Positions 41,884 to 51,563 of a stretch of 64,000 nucleotides of DNA are shown here, one piece after another. The stretch spans positions 1 through 64,000 of the forward strand of contig JAYGCN010000034.1 in NCBI GenBank assembly GCA_046583315.1, given 5' to 3'. This DNA comes from Candidatus Hydrogenedentota bacterium. GTDB taxonomy: Bacteria > Hydrogenedentota > Hydrogenedentia > Hydrogenedentales > GCA-2746185. The position numbers were made by a program, and so were the translations under genes. Within the stretch, counting starts at the first letter, position 1; the number at the start of each line of letters is the position of its first letter. Under the pieces are notes generated by a model. That model saw nothing but the letters and a program-made list of their open reading frames with translations. It was not told the DNA's origin and did no database searches.

Positions 41884-42655
41884 AGACAAAAAGAAACTAC
41901 TCGGTAGCCACCAACGCAGCTGGATATGGGGCCGCCACGCCGTTTGCGAAATCCTCGAAGCCGGACGCTGGCCCATGAGCGAATTGTACCTGAGCGATCA
42001 ACTGGACCCCGGCGAGCAACAGGACGCAAAAATCCAAGCCGATGCCCTGGGCTACATGGTGCGCATTGAATCCCCGGACCGCATTCACGAACTATGCAAA
42101 ACAGGTGAACACCAGGGCTATCTCGCCAAAATGCTCGATTATCCCTACGCCGATCTCGAGGAAATACTGGCCAAACTCCAGACCAACACAAAAACCAATC
42201 CGATTCCGATATTCGTGATGCTCGACGGCATTCAAGACCCCTACAACTTCGGCGCGATCGTGCGCTCCGCAGAAGTCCTCGGCATCAACGGCTTCGTCAT
42301 CAGCGACACCAATCAAGTCGGCGTCACCAGCATGGTCGCCCGCAGTTCCGCCGGCGCCGTCAACCATTTGCCCATCGTGCGCACCGAAAATCTCCTCGCC
42401 GCCATAGAGACCCTCAAAAAATCTGGCGTGTCCGTCATTGGTGCATCCGAAAAAGGCGCCACCCCCCTCGACGAACATAATTTCGACTCACCAACACTAC
42501 TCATTCTCGGCAACGAAGGTAGTGGAATTTGCGAAGACCTGCTCAAACAATGCGATACCCGGTTAAGCATCGCCCAAACAGGAAAAGTCGGATCCTTGAA
42601 TGTTGCGGCGGCCGCAGCCATCCTATTCCACGAAGCCAGACGCCCACGCGGCTAA
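41858..42655 (+). CDS. rlmB: 23S rRNA 2'-O-methyltransferase (SpoU/TrmH family, RlmB-like)
   Basis: WGRHAV, HQG, DPYNFGAIVRS, GNEGSG, SLNVAAA. Confidence 0.85.
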   Translation: MVQSRKKRKDKKKLLGSHQRSWIWGRHAVCEILEAGRWPMSELYLSDQLDPGEQQDAKIQADALGYMVRIESPDRIHELCKTGEHQGYLAKMLDYPYADLEEILAKLQTNTKTNPIPIFVMLDGIQDPYNFGAIVRSAEVLGINGFVISDTNQVGVTSMVARSSAGAVNHLPIVRTENLLAAIETLKKSGVSVIGASEKGATPLDEHNFDSPTLLILGNEGSGICEDLLKQCDTRLSIAQTGKVGSLNVAAAAAILFHEARRPRG

Positions 42656-43512
42656 TCCTCTTCCTCCAGCATCGCTTCCCCCATCCTGACAATCGCCGCA
42701 CGCACCTCCCCTTCCGAATTCCACGGCAGAAAATGATTCTTCTCCTCCAGAATCACCGTCTCCAAAATCGACCCCTCCGGAAACATCCGTTCCATGTACG
42801 CCACATTCGCATACGGCACCAGCATGTCATCCGGCGCATGAAGTATCGTGACCAAACACTCAACCTGACTCAATAATGGTTCAAGCTTTTCCAATTCCGA
42901 CCGCATCGGTTTCAATTCGCGATTCGAATTCCGAAGCCCTTGCGGCACAAGATACGCCGTCGCTTTCCAATCCAACAATCGATTGTACCAATGCCATTTT
43001 TCCTCATCCGGATCCAACGATCCCGCCAGAATCACAATCCCCGAAACCCGCTCCGGATACTGCGCCGCCACCTGAGCAATAATCGGCCCGCCCAACGAAT
43101 GACCAATCAAAATAGGCCATTGCCCTCCTTGTTCCACCAAGAACGGCTCCAACGCCGCCGCATGATCCGCCAATGAATAAGCAGGTATTTTCGGCGAAGT
43201 CTGCCCGAAACCCGGACGATCAACCGAGATCGATTCATATCCTTCCATTGGATTGAGCAAGTATCGCTCGAAGGCCCCGGCATCGCCCGGCGTCCCATGT
43301 ACATAAATGAGCCGCGGCAAATCCGGGTCACTGACTGACTCCATCAAATAGCTGACCATCCACTGCGTTTCCGTATCCTGAATCGCCCGTGTGATGCCCG
43401 GATTTTCTTCGCCACCATTGTTGAAACGATCCCACACCTGCCAAAAAATCACATCCCCGGCAACAAGCAGCGAAAAAATAATCAGTACCACTTTCAAAAT
43501 CCAGCGCTTCAA
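42652..43512 (-). CDS. Membrane-anchored alpha/beta hydrolase
   Basis: N-terminal TM, HGTPG, GHSLGG, C-terminal D...NHF; TTGA overlap with upstream gene. Confidence 0.88.
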   Translation of the reverse strand: MKRWILKVVLIIFSLLVAGDVIFWQVWDRFNNGGEENPGITRAIQDTETQWMVSYLMESVSDPDLPRLIYVHGTPGDAGAFERYLLNPMEGYESISVDRPGFGQTSPKIPAYSLADHAAALEPFLVEQGGQWPILIGHSLGGPIIAQVAAQYPERVSGIVILAGSLDPDEEKWHWYNRLLDWKATAYLVPQGLRNSNRELKPMRSELEKLEPLLSQVECLVTILHAPDDMLVPYANVAYMERMFPEGSILETVILEEKNHFLPWNSEGEVRAAIVRMGEAMLEEED

Positions 43513-44312
43513 TCCGAGGTCTCCCGTAATCCCACGACACACGATTTCAACTCCGCCGCCAATATTTTCCTATCAGAAGACCTTTCCGTCGCGACCACAT
43601 CGCCAAAAGTAATCGTCACCCTCACACCGCGCATCCCCAGCAATCCAAACAGATGCGAAACAAACACATGGTCCTTCCAATACGCCACGTTCTCGTCAAT
43701 ATCAATCGCTCCATCCGCAGACGACCAGCGTATCCCCACCGGCATCGTCGCGATGCCCGTATCAATCGCCGACTGCAACAGCGATCCGTGAAATGGCAAC
43801 ACATCCCCCCCGCCCGAAGTAGTCCCCTCCAGAAATACGCACACCGAATGCCCCGCCAGAAGCCGAGCGCCGATTCGCTCGTTGACCTCCTGAATCGCCC
43901 GACGATTCCCGCGCGGAATCGACAGCTGCCGAGCTGCCACGAAGATATGCCCAATCACAGGCCACGTCTCCACTTCTGCTTTCGAGACGAAAAAAGTCCG
44001 AGCCACGCTGCCCAACGCCAATATGTCAATATACCCGATATGATTCGGCACCAGCAGAAGTGGCTTCTCCGGAACATCGCCGTGTACCGTGACATCCACC
44101 TTCAGCAACGCAATACAAGACTTCATCCACGCACACGACCTCGATTCCGCCCAAACCAACTGCTCTTCGTTGCTCAGACCACGAGCCTTCCACCGATAGT
44201 GAGCATAATGAGCCGCAGTGAACGCGACCAGCCGAGCCGACCTCCACGACGCAAGCAAGCGATTCGGCTTCTGCGTCACACGCGTCTCTCCGGCGCTATC
44301 CAAGACGCTCAT
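43509..44312 (-). CDS. PlsC/OlsA-like lysolipid O-acyltransferase
   Basis: NHIGYID (HX4D), FVSKAE, FLEGTT. Confidence 0.88.
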   Translation of the reverse strand: MSVLDSAGETRVTQKPNRLLASWRSARLVAFTAAHYAHYRWKARGLSNEEQLVWAESRSCAWMKSCIALLKVDVTVHGDVPEKPLLLVPNHIGYIDILALGSVARTFFVSKAEVETWPVIGHIFVAARQLSIPRGNRRAIQEVNERIGARLLAGHSVCVFLEGTTSGGGDVLPFHGSLLQSAIDTGIATMPVGIRWSSADGAIDIDENVAYWKDHVFVSHLFGLLGMRGVRVTITFGDVVATERSSDRKILAAELKSCVVGLRETSD

Positions 44313-45151
44313 TTTACGATGTCGAGCTGTGAAAATTTAATGTCGCGCGCATCAATAATCACCAGAAAGTCTACCGTTCCAAACGCGCGGTCAATTGCCG
44401 GCTCAGAAATCACCTTGGCCCCCAAATGAAGGTATGTTCGAAACAATTTCGGAAGAGGGATAGCGTCGCCTATTTCGGGGTCCAATTCTCGTGCAGCATC
44501 GCCACACCCATAGGCCTCCAGCGCAGACAAGTAAACAGAATCATCGAGATACCCCTTTTCGCGAATCGTTTTCAGCGCGCGCCACCCGTCATCCGGGTCC
44601 TGTGTCGTCAATGAACAACACCCAAAAAGATAATGCTGATCATACAGATTCATGTACGTACCGATACCCTGCCACAACCCGATAATCGCGCGCATCGAGC
44701 GATGTTCCGAAGCCAGACACGCCCGTCCCGATTCGAGGGCTCTGTCCAAACGCGACGCCATGCCCGACAGATCATATTCCATTGACGAGTAAAATCCGAT
44801 TCCTGCCTCCGCTTGTTTCGCCGTCTGAATCCGATACGTCCCGACCACGGTATGGCCCTTCAGCTCAATCAAAATCAAATGCGTCATCTGCGCATCATAG
44901 TCATCGCGATCCAGACCCGTCGCCGTCGAAGAATCCAGCCCCTCATCCAGTTCCAGATTAAACACTTCATAACGAAGCCGTAGCGCGCACTCCACCGCGT
45001 AATCCGACCGCGCAAAACCCACGCAATAGCGGTCCTTGTCCCCGACCGGTAACGAGAGCACATCCACCTCGCCCCAGAGTGACGAAAAATCGTCCACAGA
45101 ACGCAGCGGCTTCATGCTCAACGAGCGATCCGCAGAGGTTGCTTCAGTCAT
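44309..45151 (-). CDS. OlsB-like GNAT N-acyl amino acid synthase
   Basis: RLRYEVFNLEL, DRDDYD, VVGTYR, ESGRAC, LPKLFRTYLHLGA, PAIDRAFGTVDF. Confidence 0.88.
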   Translation of the reverse strand: MTEATSADRSLSMKPLRSVDDFSSLWGEVDVLSLPVGDKDRYCVGFARSDYAVECALRLRYEVFNLELDEGLDSSTATGLDRDDYDAQMTHLILIELKGHTVVGTYRIQTAKQAEAGIGFYSSMEYDLSGMASRLDRALESGRACLASEHRSMRAIIGLWQGIGTYMNLYDQHYLFGCCSLTTQDPDDGWRALKTIREKGYLDDSVYLSALEAYGCGDAARELDPEIGDAIPLPKLFRTYLHLGAKVISEPAIDRAFGTVDFLVIIDARDIKFSQLDIVK

Positions 45152-45177
45152 GTTGTTCTTCTCCCATTAAGACACAC

Positions 45178-46848
45178 TCAATGCGCCGTCGGATAATGAC
45201 GCGCCACACGATGATACTGCCAAACATCCTTCAAAAACGCGATGGGACGCATGGGGGCATGCCCTTCAGCCCGATTCTTGTCGCCAATCTCAAACAATAC
45301 CCTGAACTGCTCGAACAAGGTCGCATACGCATCGGTAATGGTCGCATTCGGATCCCAAATATGCGTCGCCTCGGCACCGGCGCCATTAATTTCAATGATA
45401 TGAAAATTCTCGCCCCGTCCCAACGATTCCTCATCCTGATAGCGAACATCAAAGCGTCCAAAATAAAAATCCGGTATCTCCTGTGCAATCGCGTCAATGC
45501 GTTCAACAAGCGCATCCGCCAACAACGCCGACCCATCACGAAAAATACAGCCCTGCTTGTGATTGCCGGCAAACACCAGCGGAAAATACTCGCCATCAGG
45601 CAACACCTCCACCAAGCGGTCAAAATGCCGCTGCTCAAACATCGAGGCCTTTATAGACGCACGCGGATCAGCCAAAATCAGTTCGTTCAGTGTATGCATA
45701 CCATCGCCCAGCACACCCGGAAAATCCTTCGCCGTAACCGACGTAATCATCCCTTTGTCCTGACCAGGCACGCGATGATACAAGAGCCCGACCTCAGATT
45801 CATGCGGCGATCGTTTCTGCAAACACACAGACGCGCCCTTCGGATACGCCTGTAAATAATCACTCAGCTCCGCATCATTATCGATCGGACGCACACCAAC
45901 TCCGCGCTGACCCTCATCCGGTTTCGCAACGATCGGGTAGTCAATTTCCGCACGCGCCAACGCCTCCTTCGCGGCAGTTAGCAGTTCTGAGGAATCCATC
46001 CCTTCCATCGGCACATCCAACCGCGCATGCGGCGCAACCCAATCCCGAATCGACTCCGGCAACATGTCCAGAATGTCACACTTCGACTCACGAATCATGC
46101 CGCCAGAATAAATAGACGGATTCGCCGCTGTAGGAAGCATGAGACTTCTGTACTTCAACGAGAGCCATCCATAATATACCGCAACGGGAAAATAGAATAT
46201 AATCGGATGAAGAAATTCGAAATTCGAGGCCACCGCCCCTTCCGAATCTCCAGCCGCTTCCTCCTCTTTCATCCGGGCCATTATGCGATGTTGCATAAAA
46301 ATGATCCACGCGATCAGGGCAAACACCGCAGGCCACTTCAACTGACCCAACAACGGCAACACGAACCCACCCAGCGTGGCAATCGCGCTCAACGCAATAA
46401 ACACCCATACCAACGAGGCCAACAAAGCTATCGGCAGATACCGCATCGGAGAAGCTTGAGCAATGCCCGCCGCAAGATTCGCCGGCAACCTCAGCCCAGG
46501 CACAAAACGCGATATGAAAACCGACGCCACAAGGTTACGCTCAAACCAGCCCCGCGCATTGTCCAGTCTGCGTTGCGAGACCCATCCCCACGCGACCGTT
46601 TTCGGACCCACCGCGCGCCCAATCGCGTACAATCCCCAATCGCCGATGCCAATGCCCAGCGAAAGCCCGACCAACGCCGTCATATAAAACATGTGATCTT
46701 CCGCCACCAGAACGGCGCACATAAGCAATGTCGGATCTTCCAGGACAAACGTACTCACCGCAGCAAGCGCCCCCTGCAGCCACGGCGTCTCCGACAAACG
46801 AATCAACGCGTCTTCAAACCAGGCTTCCACGAAGCTATCCGTCCGCAT
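45178..46848 (-). CDS. DedA/VTT membrane domain fused to an ATP-grasp ligase domain
   Basis: TFVLED, GD-x2-LY-x-GR, SRFVPGLR; then ANPSI, AKPDEGQRGVGV, FGRFDVRY, IIEINGAGAE. Confidence 0.85.
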   Translation of the reverse strand: MRTDSFVEAWFEDALIRLSETPWLQGALAAVSTFVLEDPTLLMCAVLVAEDHMFYMTALVGLSLGIGIGDWGLYAIGRAVGPKTVAWGWVSQRRLDNARGWFERNLVASVFISRFVPGLRLPANLAAGIAQASPMRYLPIALLASLVWVFIALSAIATLGGFVLPLLGQLKWPAVFALIAWIIFMQHRIMARMKEEEAAGDSEGAVASNFEFLHPIIFYFPVAVYYGWLSLKYRSLMLPTAANPSIYSGGMIRESKCDILDMLPESIRDWVAPHARLDVPMEGMDSSELLTAAKEALARAEIDYPIVAKPDEGQRGVGVRPIDNDAELSDYLQAYPKGASVCLQKRSPHESEVGLLYHRVPGQDKGMITSVTAKDFPGVLGDGMHTLNELILADPRASIKASMFEQRHFDRLVEVLPDGEYFPLVFAGNHKQGCIFRDGSALLADALVERIDAIAQEIPDFYFGRFDVRYQDEESLGRGENFHIIEINGAGAEATHIWDPNATITDAYATLFEQFRVLFEIGDKNRAEGHAPMRPIAFLKDVWQYHRVARHYPTAH

Positions 46849-47614
46849 CCCGCGCGATGACGGCTTCCGACTCCAACAGCAACGTTTCCACCACATCAGG
46901 GTGCAAGGTGTCGGGATGCGGATCGGACCAATACCGAAGCGTCAACTCGCCCTCCGCAGAAGGAATCTCCACCTGCGTCACACTTCGCGTCGCTGACCAA
47001 CTCCGTTTCATCAACGGCGACCAGTCCTCTCGACCCTCCTCTTGAATCAAATGAAATTTCGGCAGGTGATCAACCATTTGCTGCCCGGACTTTTTCCAAT
47101 CCTCGAACAATTCCTCGCGCCACGCCTTCACTTCCTTACTATCCCAACCCGAAGACGACCGCAACGTCCATTCCGTGCGCACATCTTGTTCAATCAACTC
47201 ACCCTGCCGCAGCCACGTCAAACACTTCCCAATACCCCCGCCGAAAATCAGCAAGTTGAATGAAGGATACTGCTCCGGATCAAGTTCCGTTGTCGCCCAG
47301 GCAATGGCCCGATCCACATCGCCACATTCCAACACCGCAGGGATAATCTCCCCCCGACTGCGATAACGACCCGTCGTATCCGGCAACAAGCTCTCCCCCG
47401 GCAAATAGGCGTTCAATAAACAGGCCACCACGCCAAAATTACTCGCACCCATCCAGGTACCGCCCTTTTCACCATCATGCGGCGCGATCCACTGCCCACC
47501 ACCCGGAATCGCATGAATCACCGGCGGCGTTTCCGGCGCACGATTCAACGCTTCATCCCGGTTCATCGTTGCCAATAATCGGCCCGACTCAAGCTGTACC
47601 GTCAACGTACACAT
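46835..47614 (-). CDS. NRDE/TANGO2-family protein (Ntn-like, Cys2)
   Basis: Starts MCT; literal NRDE motif; GGTW, LLN, SRG, FNL. Confidence 0.9.
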   Translation of the reverse strand: MCTLTVQLESGRLLATMNRDEALNRAPETPPVIHAIPGGGQWIAPHDGEKGGTWMGASNFGVVACLLNAYLPGESLLPDTTGRYRSRGEIIPAVLECGDVDRAIAWATTELDPEQYPSFNLLIFGGGIGKCLTWLRQGELIEQDVRTEWTLRSSSGWDSKEVKAWREELFEDWKKSGQQMVDHLPKFHLIQEEGREDWSPLMKRSWSATRSVTQVEIPSAEGELTLRYWSDPHPDTLHPDVVETLLLESEAVIARDADG

Positions 47615-47646
47615 GGTGGTATCGATTCCCTTCAGAGATGAACGGC

Positions 47647-48171
47647 TTAGCCGACTGCGACATTCCGATACGCTGCGGTAGAAAAGGCAAGGCCAATATT
47701 TGGCGACAATTCAACGCCACCCTGTTGGCAATAGAGGTTAATCATCGAAAGATGATGAATCATGTGACTAGAAATAAAGGTCAATTCACGCGCAGCACTC
47801 GAAGGGACTTCAATCTGAGCTTCGCCGATTGCGGGCAGCTGACGCACACGAACGGAGCGATCAATCTGACCCTCGCTCAATCCCGCCAAAGCATTCACTG
47901 CCTCCGTCAAAGCATCGCTCATTTCAGCGCGAGACAACTCCAGGCGTTCATCACGAGCGCGCGCATCATAATCAATCTCGCCCTGCTCAAGCCCCGCCAA
48001 AAAACAATGCACATGTTCGAGACCATGCCGAAGATGGCAACCGATCGAGTCATGGCTGTTACTCTTGTCCACATAAAGCGTGTCAGGAATTACCGCGACG
48101 GCCCGTGTACACCGCTCCAACACCTCAATGCATCCCACAACAGTCGGATGAACGCCTCGCTTGGCTACCAT
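47647..48171 (-). CDS. DinB/YfiT-like four-helix metalloprotein
   Basis: SIGCHLRH, IDYDARAR, RELTF-x-SHMIHH; GGGAG RBS before ATG 48171. Confidence 0.85.
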   Translation of the reverse strand: MVAKRGVHPTVVGCIEVLERCTRAVAVIPDTLYVDKSNSHDSIGCHLRHGLEHVHCFLAGLEQGEIDYDARARDERLELSRAEMSDALTEAVNALAGLSEGQIDRSVRVRQLPAIGEAQIEVPSSAARELTFISSHMIHHLSMINLYCQQGGVELSPNIGLAFSTAAYRNVAVG

Positions 48172-48413
48172 AAATGATCTCCCTATTTCGTACAATTCGA
48201 GTGTAACACACTTCTCAAAGACCGATAAAAAATTGACCTGCTGAAACATTACGCAACACCTACTCGTTTACATTCCTAAAAGGCTTCTAGTGGTGTCATA
48301 AAAGTGAAAGGACCCCCGTATTTATGCTATGATCGGGATTATTCGTAGTTAGTTATTTCGACCAATAAATACCCCCTGCGGTGTCAAACACCGGCAAAAG
48401 GAGCACCATTCCC

Positions 48414-49115
48414 ATGAAAAAAACGGCAATTCTGGCCTGTTCGCTAGCAATCACATTCACATTCTCCGCATGTTCCGAGGATGCCACCGAAAAATCCGAG
48501 CTTCCACTCCCCGAGGACGCCACCGAAATACTCGAACTTGAGCTGCCCGAGCCCTATTTCGGCGGAACGCCCCTGGACTATTTCGGAGCCAATCTTGAAG
48601 ATCCCAATTACAAGAAACGGCCCGATTTCATGGTCCCCGCAGGCGTTACAAACGTAGCCAAAGGCAAAACGGTTAGCGCCAGCACCGCCAAGCCTGAATT
48701 CGGCGAATTTTCCTTCCTCGTCGATGGCGACAAATCCTACGAACAAAAGAGTCTTCTCGGTCTCGCCGCTGGCGGACAATGGATTCAGGTTGATCTCGGT
48801 TCCGTTCACACACTCTATGCCCTGATGCTCTGGCACTTCCACGAAGGCGACCGCGTCTACTTCGATGTCATCGTAACCTCCGCCGACGATGCCGAGTTCA
48901 CCAAGAATCTGCAGACCATCTTCAACAACGATCACGACAACACCTCTGAAAAGGGCGCCGGCAAGGACAAAGAGTACATCGAATCCTACAAAGCCAAATT
49001 CGTGGACACCAAAGGCGTTACCGGACGGTACGTACGCTTCTACACCAAAGGAAACACCTCAGACGATTTCAATCACTACGTCGAAGTCGAAGTCTTCGGT
49101 AAACCTGAGAAGTAA
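48414..49115 (+). CDS. Lipoprotein with discoidin/F5-8-like domain
   Basis: Lipobox FSA-C; NVAKGKTV, LVDGD, WIQVDLG, RYVRFY, EVEVFG. Confidence 0.8.
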   Translation: MKKTAILACSLAITFTFSACSEDATEKSELPLPEDATEILELELPEPYFGGTPLDYFGANLEDPNYKKRPDFMVPAGVTNVAKGKTVSASTAKPEFGEFSFLVDGDKSYEQKSLLGLAAGGQWIQVDLGSVHTLYALMLWHFHEGDRVYFDVIVTSADDAEFTKNLQTIFNNDHDNTSEKGAGKDKEYIESYKAKFVDTKGVTGRYVRFYTKGNTSDDFNHYVEVEVFGKPEK

Positions 49116-49123
49116 CAATCGCG

Positions 49124-50674
49124 GTGACGCAACTCACTTCAATACAAATCAAAGCGCTCATTGTCCTGGTGGCAATGGGCGCTTTTTTCATTCGACTGCC
49201 CGAGCTCGACCTGCGCCCCATGCACGGCGATGAAGCCAACCAGGCCCACAAAACCGGCATCCTCATCGAAGAGGGAACATACATCTACGATCCCCACGAC
49301 CACCACGGCCCCACCCTCTACTACCTCGCCCGAATCGCAGCCTCCCTATCCGGACAAGACTCCTACGCCCAAACCAACGAGACCACCTACCGCATCGTGC
49401 CCGTCATCTTCGGTACCCTGCTCATTCTCGTCACATTGCTGCTCTACCCCGCCCTATCGCCTTTAACGCTCCTCTACTCAGCACTCATCGTCGCGGTATC
49501 CCCCGCTTTCATATTCTATAGCCGCTACTACATCCAGGAAACGCTCCTGGTATTCTTCACCCTTACCACAATCGGCTTCGGCTACCGATACCTGCGCAAC
49601 CCACGTCTCTCAACGGCCATCGGACTCGGGGCCTCCCTGAGCCTCATGCACGCCACTAAAGAAACCGCCATCATCGCCTACATCGCCATGGCCGCGGGAC
49701 TCGTCGCAACAGGCTGGATCTACCGGGAGTCGCGACTCATATCCGATTTTAAGAAAAAAACCTCGCGCAACCATCTCATCGCGGGACTCGCTATCGCCCT
49801 CGCCATCAACATCCTGCTCTTCACGGCCTTCTTCAGCAACCTGCGCGGCCCTCTCGACTCCATCCTCACCTACGGAAACTATCTCAAACGTGCCGACGGT
49901 GCAGGCTTACATGACAAACCCTGGCATTACTACCTGCACCTACTCTTCTACACCAACAAAGGCCCCCAATACTGGTTCAGCGAAGGATTCGTTGCCGGAC
50001 TCGGCCTCATCGGCATTGCCCTAAACATCTGGCTTGCCCGGCGCAAGAAAGTCTCCCCTCTAACCCTGTTCCTCAGCGTCTATACCCTCGCGATGATCAT
50101 CATCTACGCCCTTATCCCTTACAAAACCCCCTGGTCCATGCTCAGCTTTTACCACGGCCTCGCCCTCGTCGCCGCCATCACTTGTGCGAACCTCACCGCC
50201 TCAATTAAACCCCTCCCCATGAAAGCCACCGCAGTCATCATCATACTCGCCGCCATCATCCACCTTTCCTACCAGGGCCACATCGTCAACCGCGTCATCC
50301 CCGCCGATCCCCGCAACCCCTACGTCTACGCACACACCTCCACGGCCTTCATGAAAATGCCCCAACGCGTCGACGACATTCGCGCAGTCCATCCCAATCC
50401 CGAAGAGATGCGTGTCTACATCATTCAACCCGACGCCGACTACTGGCCGCTCCCCTTTTACCTGCGCAAACATCCCAACGTAGGATTTTTCTCCACCGTG
50501 CCCGAAAATCCCGACGCCGACATCATCATTGCGGCCCCCTCAACACGCACAGTGCTCGCCGAACGATTGAAAGACACTTACTTCACAGAAACCGGCGGTC
50601 TTCGCCCCTCAGTACTGCGCCACGTGTATATTCGACAAGATCTCTGGGATGCCTACATGGTCGATCGGCAATAA
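49124..50674 (+). CDS. TIGR03663/Agl23-like GT-C membrane protein
   Basis: RPMHGDEA, YDP-x2-HGP-LYY, YSRYYIQE, ATKE, YKTPW, NPYVYAHT, YWPLPFYLR. Confidence 0.8.
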   Translation: MTQLTSIQIKALIVLVAMGAFFIRLPELDLRPMHGDEANQAHKTGILIEEGTYIYDPHDHHGPTLYYLARIAASLSGQDSYAQTNETTYRIVPVIFGTLLILVTLLLYPALSPLTLLYSALIVAVSPAFIFYSRYYIQETLLVFFTLTTIGFGYRYLRNPRLSTAIGLGASLSLMHATKETAIIAYIAMAAGLVATGWIYRESRLISDFKKKTSRNHLIAGLAIALAINILLFTAFFSNLRGPLDSILTYGNYLKRADGAGLHDKPWHYYLHLLFYTNKGPQYWFSEGFVAGLGLIGIALNIWLARRKKVSPLTLFLSVYTLAMIIIYALIPYKTPWSMLSFYHGLALVAAITCANLTASIKPLPMKATAVIIILAAIIHLSYQGHIVNRVIPADPRNPYVYAHTSTAFMKMPQRVDDIRAVHPNPEEMRVYIIQPDADYWPLPFYLRKHPNVGFFSTVPENPDADIIIAAPSTRTVLAERLKDTYFTETGGLRPSVLRHVYIRQDLWDAYMVDRQ

Positions 50675-51424
50675 CTAGCGATACTGCCCCAACGACGCGC
50701 GCCCACGAATAATCAGCACCTCGCGAATCATGTCCAGCGAATCAAAAATGGCATGCACCCGCGTATCCAGCGAGTTCAGCCACCGTATCGGTACGTCCGC
50801 AATTCGATAGCCAAGCTTCCCCGCAATATACAACATCTCGCAATCCGCACCGAAGCCATCCGATCGCATACGACTGAAAACGGGCTCTATGCACGTCGCC
50901 CGAACGCCCTTGAATCCACACTGGGTATCCTTAAACGTGGTAAGCCCCAACAATCGCAACAGCAGGTTATAAATCCGCCCCATCGACTGACGATACAAGG
51001 GCTGACGAATCTGCACATCCGATCCCGCAATCGAACGCGACCCGATCACAATATCAAAGCCCTCTTCAAACTTCGGCCACAACTTCTCCACATCATCAAT
51101 CGGTGTCGAACCATCCGCGTCATAAATCAGCACAAACTCACCCGTGCAAAGCGGCCCTCCCACCCGCGTCGCATAGCCCTTGCCACGATTCGTCTCATAG
51201 GCATGCATGCGCACATCCGGGTACCCAGCCTCAACCGTCTCAACGGTTTGGTCCGTACTCCCGTCGCTCACAACCAGAATTTCGGCCCGATACGACTGCT
51301 TTGCAAAGTATTCCTGCAAAATATCCAGCGTACCGCCAATGCGTTTTTCCTCATTATAGGCCGGTATCAAAACGCTAATCTGTATCGAATCCTCGCTCAC
51401 GAAGGCCCCTTCTGCTACATCCAC
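50675..51424 (-). CDS. GT2 polyprenyl-phosphate glycosyltransferase (Dol-P-Glc synthase-like)
   Basis: IPAYNE, DGSTD, NRGKG, DADGS, DTQCGFK. Confidence 0.88.
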   Translation of the reverse strand: MDVAEGAFVSEDSIQISVLIPAYNEEKRIGGTLDILQEYFAKQSYRAEILVVSDGSTDQTVETVEAGYPDVRMHAYETNRGKGYATRVGGPLCTGEFVLIYDADGSTPIDDVEKLWPKFEEGFDIVIGSRSIAGSDVQIRQPLYRQSMGRIYNLLLRLLGLTTFKDTQCGFKGVRATCIEPVFSRMRSDGFGADCEMLYIAGKLGYRIADVPIRWLNSLDTRVHAIFDSLDMIREVLIIRGRASLGQYR

Positions 51425-51510
51425 ACCCCAAGAAAGCCGCGAATGTTCATCAAGCTTTACAAGAAGTTAAAGTTTACATAATTCCCCACCGCAAGGTACA
51501 ATGAATCCTA

Positions 51511-51537
51511 ATATTTCGACTGGCTTTGTCGATATAT
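51511..51537. promoter_or_regulatory. Candidate TetR operator in the divergent GT2/TetR intergenic region
   Basis: ATAT-t-TCGAC-N7-GTCGA-t-ATAT just downstream of TTTACA-18 bp-TACAAT (51473-51502). Confidence 0.3.
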
Positions 51538-51563
51538 GAATTACTCTTGGGAAGAACGCTGCA

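Noticed and set aside
45178..46848. Calling the gene ddl
   Set aside because: Ddl N-terminal motifs not apparent, fused to DedA, and no cell-wall gene context
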